NCBI GenBank assembly: GCA_002794465.1
Contig: MTSL01000157.1
Location: 1-22,102 of the forward strand
Source: Paramicrosporidium saccamoebae KSL3
Lineage: Eukaryota > Fungi > Cryptomycota
Length of the DNA stretch: 22,102 bases
Direction: 5' to 3'
The notes below the pieces were generated by a model. It was not told where the DNA came from. It saw only the letters and a list, made by a program, of their open reading frames with translations, and did not search any database. A program made the translations under genes and the position numbers. How positions within the stretch are numbered: position 1 is the stretch's first letter; every line of letters begins with the position of its first letter. Below are positions 1-6,818 of the stretch, piece after piece.

Positions 1-105
1 CCCCCCCCCCCACTCCAACTGGCTGGTATTATACTAGACATAGCAGTATCGTATCATCACATCACAACACATTACAGCACATCACACTATATCACATTAT
101 CGCAT
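1..105. repeat. C homopolymer (1-11, cut by window edge) and degenerate pentamer microsatellite (ATCAC)n at ~37-105
   Basis: Period-5 run read directly: gtatc gtatc atcac atcac aacac attac agcac atcac actat atcac attat. It lies just 3' of RPL28 on the minus strand. Confidence 0.7.
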
Positions 106-141
106 TCGTGTATGAAGAATTTTATTTGGATCAACACAGCT

Positions 142-639
142 TTAGGCGACGAGAATGCAGGCACCACCGGCAGCCTTAATCTTTTGCTCAGCCTTCTTGC
201 TGAAGAAACGGGCCTTGACAATGACGGGCTTGCTGGGGATGGCTCCCTTTCCAAGAACCTTTCCATATCCAGCCTTCAGCGTATCAATAACGGGGACGGC
301 ATCACCCTTGGCCTCGGCGGCGGGCAGGCTCCACAGCTTCTCCAAATTGACAATGGGGCAGTGGTGCATGTTGCGAGTGTAATGGAAGTGGCGCATACCA
401 AGCTTACCGAAGAATCCGGGATGGAAGCGGTCAAAGTTGTTGCGGTGGTGAGTCTTACCTCCAGCCTTACCACGACCTCCTGGATGCTTGCGGTGCTTAC
501 CGACACGACCGTGACCGGCGGATACGTGACCACGGAGCTTCCGCGCCTTTTTCAATCTAGACACCTAGGGAATTAGTATCAAATCAACGAGGTGGAAGGG
601 GATGGATGGACGAGGGAGGGATGGAACGGTACTTACCAT
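142..639 (-). CDS. RPL28: 60S ribosomal protein uL15 (yeast L28/CYH2, human L27a), 141 aa; exons 639-637 (ATG only) and 564-142; intron 636-565 (72 nt)
   Basis: Motifs [36 protein letters not shown] and GYGKVLGKG...[27 protein letters not shown]|GTAAGT donor, TACTAAT branch and CCCTAG acceptor give MVSRLKK. Confidence 0.97.
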
Positions 640-678
640 TGGGACGGTAGAATTGGTAACCCCGGTTGCGACTTTAGG

Positions 679-1323
679 ATGCGGCCGTTGACTGAGGACG
701 AGACCAAGGTCCTTTTTGAAAAGGTTTCTAAATAGTAACCAGCGCTGTGTTTGGCTGTATCTTTAGTATTGGAAGGAATATCAGCTACCTGATCGACCGT
801 GCTGATGAGCCGCACTGCTTCCGTCTACAGAAGGAACGCGTATACTATGTAAAGTACGCCCGAAGCCTTATCATCTGTACTTTTTAGAGAGGAGGTGCTG
901 AAGCGCGCCGAGAATGTTGGCCGCGACAGTCTAGTGACTGTGGGTGTATGCTTTGGCAAGTTTACAAAGACAACAAAGTTCAAGCTACATGTCACTTGTC
1001 TGGATTATCTGGCCCAGTATGCCAAGTTTAAAATCTGGATCAAGCCGACGGCGGAAATGTCCTATCTGTACGGAAACCACATTCTAAAGGCACATGTGGC
1101 CAAGATGACTGAGGACGTACCCGAGCATCAGGGGGTAGTCGTCTTTAACATGAATGACATTCCTCTCGTAAGATTGTGATTTGGAGATCTGACATGTGTG
1201 TAGGGATTTGCGGTAACTGCAAAATCGGCTGCGATGTGTGTCAAGTTGGACCCTACGGCCATTGTTGGATTCCACCAGACAGATATTGGCGAGTACCTTC
1301 GTGACGAGGACTCGCTCATCTAG
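679..1323 (+). CDS. NIP7: 60S ribosome biogenesis protein NIP7 (PUA domain), 180 aa; introns 735-766, 854-887, 1168-1203
   Basis: The spliced product [21 protein letters not shown]...[35 protein letters not shown]...YLYGNHILK...NDIPLGF...[17 protein letters not shown] matches NIP7 end to end. All three introns are GT-AG and restore the frame. Confidence 0.96.
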
Positions 1324-1467
1324 ATTTATAAACCTGTTCTTTATCTTTGTTGCAGCAAATTCATCTTTGTGGTGGAGGATCCACCCTACCTACCATTGTA
1401 ATGATTTGCCCACATTTATCTCTGGAAAAGCCACCCCTATTGCTATCACTAACTTTACTGTTGACGG

Positions 1468-1564
1468 TTTGGCGCGAAATGGCCGCCTGAGCCCCGGCTA
1501 ATCGGGGAACCCCGGCGACTTTGGCGGGCGCGCCAATTTAGGCGCCAACGGCCTGGGTATAAAA
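1468..1564 (+). promoter_or_regulatory. H2B promoter: E2F-type sites TTTGGCGCGAAA (1468-1479), TTTGGCGG/GCGCCAA (1520-1536), GGCGCCAA (1541-1548); TATA box TATAAAA (1558-1564)
   Basis: Motifs read directly, 40-140 nt upstream of the H2B ATG. They match the E2F/DP consensus TTTSSCGS. Confidence 0.6.
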
Positions 1565-1604
1565 GGGAGACCGCCTCAGCGTCGACACGAACAACAGTTC
1601 AAGT

Positions 1605-1979
1605 ATGGCCCCTAAAGCTGAAAAGAAGCCCGCTGGCAAAGCCCCCGCCAAGTCCGCCGTCAAGAAGACCTCCTCCAAGGCTGGCCGCAAGCGCTCCCGC
1701 CACGAGTCGTACTCTAGCTACGTCTTCAAGGTGCTGCGTCAGTGCCACCCTGAAATCAACATTTCCAAGAAGGCCATGGCCATTATGAACAGCTTTGTCA
1801 ATGACATCTTTGAGCGCGTTGCGCACGAGAGCAGCAAGCTGGCCGCCTACAACAAGCGCTCCACCATTTCGAGCAAGGAGATTCAGACTGCCGTCCGTCT
1901 TATTCTGCCCGGAGAACTGAGCAAGCACGCCGTGTCTGAGGCCACCAAGGCTATTGCCAAGTACGACGGTGCCAAGTAA
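1605..1979 (+). CDS. HTB: Histone H2B, 124 aa, intronless
   Basis: [34 protein letters not shown]...[30 protein letters not shown] is the H2B histone fold. Confidence 0.99.
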   Translation: MAPKAEKKPAGKAPAKSAVKKTSSKAGRKRSRHESYSSYVFKVLRQCHPEINISKKAMAIMNSFVNDIFERVAHESSKLAAYNKRSTISSKEIQTAVRLILPGELSKHAVSEATKAIAKYDGAK

Positions 1980-2009
1980 AGGGGTTCCCTGTATATTCTC
2001 ATACTAAAT

Positions 2010-2025
2010 GGCTTTTTTAAAAGCC
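2010..2025 (+). terminator. Histone 3' stem-loop (SLBP-type 3' processing element)
   Basis: GGCTTT TTTA AAAGCC forms a 6-bp stem with a 4-nt UUUA loop, 30 nt after the stop. It has CTAAAT on the 5' side and TATCA on the 3' side. Compare metazoan CCAAA-GGCTCT TTTC AGAGCC-ACCCA. Confidence 0.8.
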
Positions 2026-2397
2026 TATCAAATGCAACAAAATCAATTCAAATAGTGGTGTTGGGGTTGAGTACAGATAAGAGGTTTAGTGCCATATAGT
2101 GTACAACTAAAGGATCGCAAGTTGTGAATAAAGGGTGGTGTTGTTATGAAAAAGCATATCCATATGTGAGAGTCAATTGAAATTTGAGGATGGATGGCGG
2201 TGGGATTTGTATCCATGCTATTATAGGATTATTAATAAATCACTTGCGAGACTAGAAATAGGCCATTGGACTAACAGTGAGCGAGTTTTCTTTCCTTTTC
2301 CTTCCGTCTCTTTTCACCCGACTTTATCCACGATAACGCTCCCTCTACTAAGCGATGAATCCAACACATTTTAACTATACAGTAGCAAGTGACTTTA

Positions 2398-4902
2398 TTA
2401 CACTTCATGGGTTGCAGTGGCAGGTGAAGCTGGTGTCAACAGATCACTCAATTTCTTGACCGGTGTTGCCGGTGTCTCTTGGTATAGGGACCCTTCTGGA
2501 ATTGTTGGCGGAATCTCCACAATATTTTCATATTGAACAGTACTCGGTCCGGAGGGGTGGGTATGGTTATTACACTCTATTCCATTTGATTGATTGTGAA
2601 TGTCAATCTCTGAAGGATTACTGGTAAGGAACCCTTCACTGGGCTCGTGCTCCCTCTCGGCTATTGTAAGATGCTGCCGTAGTTGCTTTAGCTCGTTATC
2701 ATACGAAGCGAGAATTATCAATAGCTCTTCGTGATCCTTTTCCACCTGGAAAATTTGCGTTTGGTACGCTTCGACTAACCTATGCAGTCGTTCATTTTCG
2801 CTGGATAGATATGCGCATTTACTCTCCACATTCTTCTCATACGCTGCTGGTCGGGAAGATTGCAATTCTTGTACTTGGAAGTGCAGTGACTCCATTTCAA
2901 AATGCAAAGTGTGCTCGGCTGTTGTAAATCCTCCAGCCAACGTCTCCACCGACTTGTCAACTCTTAAAAACGGCGAATTACCTCTCAGAGTGCGTGTAGC
3001 GGTTTTGGAAAATAGTTGCAAAATGGGCTTGTATAGTTCCAAGAACAATTCGGCAAATGCCCGATCAAACAAGGCAGAATCTTCATCCGTGTTAGTTGTG
3101 ACAAGAAATTTGTTAAGTGTATCGCGGGTCCGGACTATTCTCGCAGTAAAGACGTCCACGCCGATCCTTGATTGTACAATGTTGATTAGGGAGTGTCGCG
3201 AGAAGGGACCTTCTGACCTGTCGTGGAACAAAACTGTCAGTCCGAACACAAATGCAGCACATCCTTGGATCATGGCATCAGCTGTAGAGTTTTGATTGAT
3301 CAGTTCAACCAGAAATTGCACATTGGATCCCTCGGCCAGGAAGAATGTGACTGCTGCCGAAAATCCATGCATCCACGTGGCAATTAGGATAAGATAGGCT
3401 ACGGAGGAGTGCACATGTCGAGGATCTTTGACGCATTCTACAAGGTTCCACAGAATGCGCGAATAGAGCGGCGTGTCGTCTCCATCGGGCGAGTATTGAT
3501 GGTTTAGGGCAATAGTCTTGCACTGATCATTATCCCTCAGGATGTGCGACAAGAGAACGGAAGGAAACCAAATACGGAACGGATCTCTGTGAATGGAGCC
3601 CACATCCAACGCGTGTTCAATGATCACCGAACCAGCCGATTGTTCATTCATCGTGGGCGAGCCCTCTACATGGGGAGACTTGAAAGTAGCAGTCACTACC
3701 AGCTGGCCATCGGTATTCCCACAAAGATATGCCGAAATGGCATTTGTGGCTGCAATCCTTAGTCCCAGGTGATCGCAATCCACGGATAGCCTAATGGCGG
3801 ATAAGACTGCAGGAACTGGAGGGGCGTCAACTTCACCTGTGGCAATCACATGGCGAGCAAAAACGTCTTGGATCATGGCGTTTTGCCACATTAACAATCC
3901 CAGTGCCTCTAATGCGGCTCTCCTCACACCATTGGGAACTGGGGCAGATAGACCAGCATTCACCAGTGGTTCAAAAAGACTAGCTTTAAACCAGCATGTC
4001 TGCAAGTATTCTAGTTTCGGGTTGTCTCGATTCAGGAATATACAGGGAATCTCAACCACGGCAATAAAGTTTCTGCATCTTTGTGTACTCCAGGCTGCGT
4101 CGCTGTCAGTTGCACACAACAGGGCAGACGTCTTGGACAAACATGGAGATTCCAAAAAGTAATTTTGTCCCGAGGGATTGTACCTCAACAGGTTGTGCAC
4201 AATCTCGAGCGAATCCTCTATAACAATGTCGCCGCTAAAGATGCCGCCAGCCGAGTTTACCAAGTCGTAGATTCGCTCAAATAAACCCTCAAACACTGAA
4301 ATTTTTTGAATTTCGGGGCTGCTTCCTGTCAGTCTTCTCAGGAGCAGAATGGCCTCATTTCTGATAATCTCGCGAGTGTCCTCAAAAAGCTCAAGCAGTC
4401 GCGACAGTCCCGATGGACTGGCAAGGATGGCGGATGGGACCTTGGCGGGAAGAGCCTCCTCCAGAACACCTATTAGCTGCAACACGTCAAAGCGAACGTA
4501 TTGATTGCCCTGTTCCAAGCAGCCGAGCATTACATCCATTACTTCTTTATCTTTAAGTAGAATTTCACAAAATTCAGCATGCAAATCCACAACAGCCTCT
4601 GCGTCTTCGCCAACATCTGAGCAGATGCTGATAAAAGTTTCTAGTATGCTGCGTATTAGTTCCACGTCCTCTGCGTCCCGCTTCATTGCAGCAATGAGGC
4701 TTGGCGTTCCAACTGAACCAATTTCCAATCGGTGGTGTTTAGAAATTGACCTCAGCCCCTGTGCGGCCGCCCTTCTGTCCTCCAGCAGTGAGGCATGCAA
4801 TAGACGATTGCAAAGCTTCTCCACCACCTCCTGTCTTGCCAGCTGTTCCCCTTTCGGCGACGTTCCTCCGCTCCTTGGCAGAATCTTTGCCAGGAAACTC
4901 AT
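2398..4902 (-). CDS. USO1: Vesicle tethering factor Uso1/p115, 834 aa from the ATG at 4902
   Basis: Head motifs KLCNRLLHASLLEDRRAAAQGL, YVRFDVLQL, GLSRLLELFEDTREIIRNEAILLL, IQKISVFEGLFERI and LHDRSEGPFSR, plus the Uso1_p115_C-like DHEELLIILASYDNELKQLRQHL. The ORF track start at 5028 is a non-ATG extension. Confidence 0.93.
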   Translation of the reverse strand: MSFLAKILPRSGGTSPKGEQLARQEVVEKLCNRLLHASLLEDRRAAAQGLRSISKHHRLEIGSVGTPSLIAAMKRDAEDVELIRSILETFISICSDVGEDAEAVVDLHAEFCEILLKDKEVMDVMLGCLEQGNQYVRFDVLQLIGVLEEALPAKVPSAILASPSGLSRLLELFEDTREIIRNEAILLLRRLTGSSPEIQKISVFEGLFERIYDLVNSAGGIFSGDIVIEDSLEIVHNLLRYNPSGQNYFLESPCLSKTSALLCATDSDAAWSTQRCRNFIAVVEIPCIFLNRDNPKLEYLQTCWFKASLFEPLVNAGLSAPVPNGVRRAALEALGLLMWQNAMIQDVFARHVIATGEVDAPPVPAVLSAIRLSVDCDHLGLRIAATNAISAYLCGNTDGQLVVTATFKSPHVEGSPTMNEQSAGSVIIEHALDVGSIHRDPFRIWFPSVLLSHILRDNDQCKTIALNHQYSPDGDDTPLYSRILWNLVECVKDPRHVHSSVAYLILIATWMHGFSAAVTFFLAEGSNVQFLVELINQNSTADAMIQGCAAFVFGLTVLFHDRSEGPFSRHSLINIVQSRIGVDVFTARIVRTRDTLNKFLVTTNTDEDSALFDRAFAELFLELYKPILQLFSKTATRTLRGNSPFLRVDKSVETLAGGFTTAEHTLHFEMESLHFQVQELQSSRPAAYEKNVESKCAYLSSENERLHRLVEAYQTQIFQVEKDHEELLIILASYDNELKQLRQHLTIAEREHEPSEGFLTSNPSEIDIHNQSNGIECNNHTHPSGPSTVQYENIVEIPPTIPEGSLYQETPATPVKKLSDLLTPASPATATHEV

Positions 4903-4999
4903 AATTTGATTTCTTTTCCGCGAGGTTTGGGTCTGTGATCCAGAAGCTCGACTCGGATAGGACAACACTGCCAGGGTAGAGGAAAGCAAGGAGAAAGCT

Positions 5000-6604
5000 A
5001 TGGAGGCTGGGCTGGTTGTACCCCACACTCGTGTAGCGCTAAAGTGGCAACCCTGCAGCGGGTCTGCATTGCCACTGGCCCAGTGCCACGCTGTAACGTA
5101 TAGTGTGCCCAGTGCCTATTCCTCACCGGACATAGCTATCACGCTATACGTGGAAAAGTTCAAGACGGGGAGTGGAAAGAATAACCTGCATGTTATTTAT
5201 TTGGGCGGTGGACCGGGAAGTGCAGCCAACACCAACTATTCCATTGTGGAAAAGATACTGGGAGAGTTGCCACCTGGAACTACTTTGTATCTTCCGGATC
5301 ACCGGGGCCTCGGAAAGTCGACACCCCTTGACCGCCTCAACCGAAGTGATTGGCAAGGGTCGATGCGGGAAATTATTGCCCAGGCGCCATTCCCGCTTGA
5401 GCACATGACTTTGACAAACTCTGCGCTGGACGTGGGTGTGCTGGCGGGACTGATTACGAATGAAACTAAAGAGGCAAAAGTGGCACTGTTGGGCGTTTCA
5501 TATGGAGCCCATCTCGCCTATCATAGCGCAGCTCTGCTTCCCAACATTTTCGAATCAATCTTACTATTTGGAACCCCAAATGTGCGAAAGTTTGCCGAAG
5601 CACACACTGATGCCGGCTTGATTCAGAACTGCGCAGCGGATAGCCACTGCAGCAAAATGATGGATGGGCGAGCTGAGAGCATTCGGGACGACTTGCAAAA
5701 AATCTTGAATCCGGATTTGAATGAATGCACCAAAATTTTCTACAAGGACTGGGAACGTCCGATTAAGCCAGAGATTGCTGTCTATGGAGTGCTGCTTCGC
5801 CTGACAGACCTCTTGTGGGGTACATCTAGTATCCCTGAAACGAACACGCTGCATTCGTCGCAACTTGCCTTTGCCTTTATTCGTGTAACCGCACAGTGCA
5901 AAAGCCCCGAAACTTATCAAGACAAGGTATTGACCCCCTTGTCGCCCTACTTCCAGACCTTTGAGAGCGCCGTCCTCAGTGAGGGCGGAAATACCCGCCA
6001 TGATTTCAGCAGGCTGGTTAATTCGCTCATTCTGCTGGACAAAATGTTCGATTTCAAAGTTGGCCAGCCACCGGCGCTTCCCAAGACGACGACGGGACTG
6101 GTTCCCACAAGCATCAGTGTTTCCCATTATTGGAGAGATTTCGACGTGCTCAAGGACGTGATTGCGAAGATGGAAAAGAGCAAGAGTGTTCTTTTGAAGA
6201 GTAACAAGACCAAGGTTTTTATGGTGCACGGTGAAGTGGACTTGAACACTATAATCGGCCCGGCGCAAAAATTATACAACGAGACTGAATCCTCCAAGCG
6301 GTTCCTGCGCTACCGTAATCGCGGTCATACCGGCCTGTCCGGACCCTGTCGTCCGCACATTCTTCGTGAAGCTTTTCTAAATAGCGACCCCGCTCTCACT
6401 GATCGCTGTTTAGCCGATCAGAATGCCCGACCGCTGGACTGGACCTTTTCTGATACACCGTTCGTTGAGATTTGGGGTGTTACATCTTGGACAACATTCC
6501 ACGCCTCTCCTACATTTATGATACTCGTACTGACTGCAACTGTGTTGTTCTTTGCTGCCCTGGTGGCACTGCTTCGTGCTCGTAAAAAGATAGAAAGTGC
6601 ATAA
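5000..6604 (+). CDS. Alpha/beta hydrolase of the peptidase S33/TAP-like type, 534 aa, with a C-terminal transmembrane anchor
   Basis: Oxyanion motif GGGPG, DHRGLGKS, nucleophile elbow GVSYG, candidate Asp in GEVDLNT, candidate His in RGHTG. Hydrophobic FMILVLTATVLFFAALVALL is followed by RARKK. Confidence 0.8.
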   Translation: MEAGLVVPHTRVALKWQPCSGSALPLAQCHAVTYSVPSAYSSPDIAITLYVEKFKTGSGKNNLHVIYLGGGPGSAANTNYSIVEKILGELPPGTTLYLPDHRGLGKSTPLDRLNRSDWQGSMREIIAQAPFPLEHMTLTNSALDVGVLAGLITNETKEAKVALLGVSYGAHLAYHSAALLPNIFESILLFGTPNVRKFAEAHTDAGLIQNCAADSHCSKMMDGRAESIRDDLQKILNPDLNECTKIFYKDWERPIKPEIAVYGVLLRLTDLLWGTSSIPETNTLHSSQLAFAFIRVTAQCKSPETYQDKVLTPLSPYFQTFESAVLSEGGNTRHDFSRLVNSLILLDKMFDFKVGQPPALPKTTTGLVPTSISVSHYWRDFDVLKDVIAKMEKSKSVLLKSNKTKVFMVHGEVDLNTIIGPAQKLYNETESSKRFLRYRNRGHTGLSGPCRPHILREAFLNSDPALTDRCLADQNARPLDWTFSDTPFVEIWGVTSWTTFHASPTFMILVLTATVLFFAALVALLRARKKIESA

Positions 6605-6818
6605 TTTGAGGTTTGTAGAAGAGTCATAGTACTGTAAATAAACCCATTTACACTGTAACAAGAGCACTGGGTGTATTGATGAATCCTGTCGCCATGACGT
6701 GATTGATGAATTATGACGCCATAGTATCGTTATGGTGCCACATTTTTTCATTGTACTGACCACCATTTCCATAGTTGTTGGCGACTTATGTATTGTGTAA
6801 AATAATAAGAAACTGATT

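Noticed and set aside
1-11. Telomere
   Set aside because: It is a plain C run cut by the window edge, with no telomeric repeat unit visible.
112-576. 154-aa plus-strand ORF
   Set aside because: Antisense shadow of RPL28, caused by codon bias.
1599-1928. 109-aa minus-strand ORF
   Set aside because: Antisense shadow of histone H2B.
4903-5028. 42-aa N-terminal extension of USO1 that looks like a signal peptide
   Set aside because: It starts at a non-ATG codon and overlaps the hydrolase start; Uso1 homology begins at MSFL (4902).
5564-6268. 234-aa minus-strand ORF
   Set aside because: Fully antisense to the hydrolase and has no recognisable motifs.
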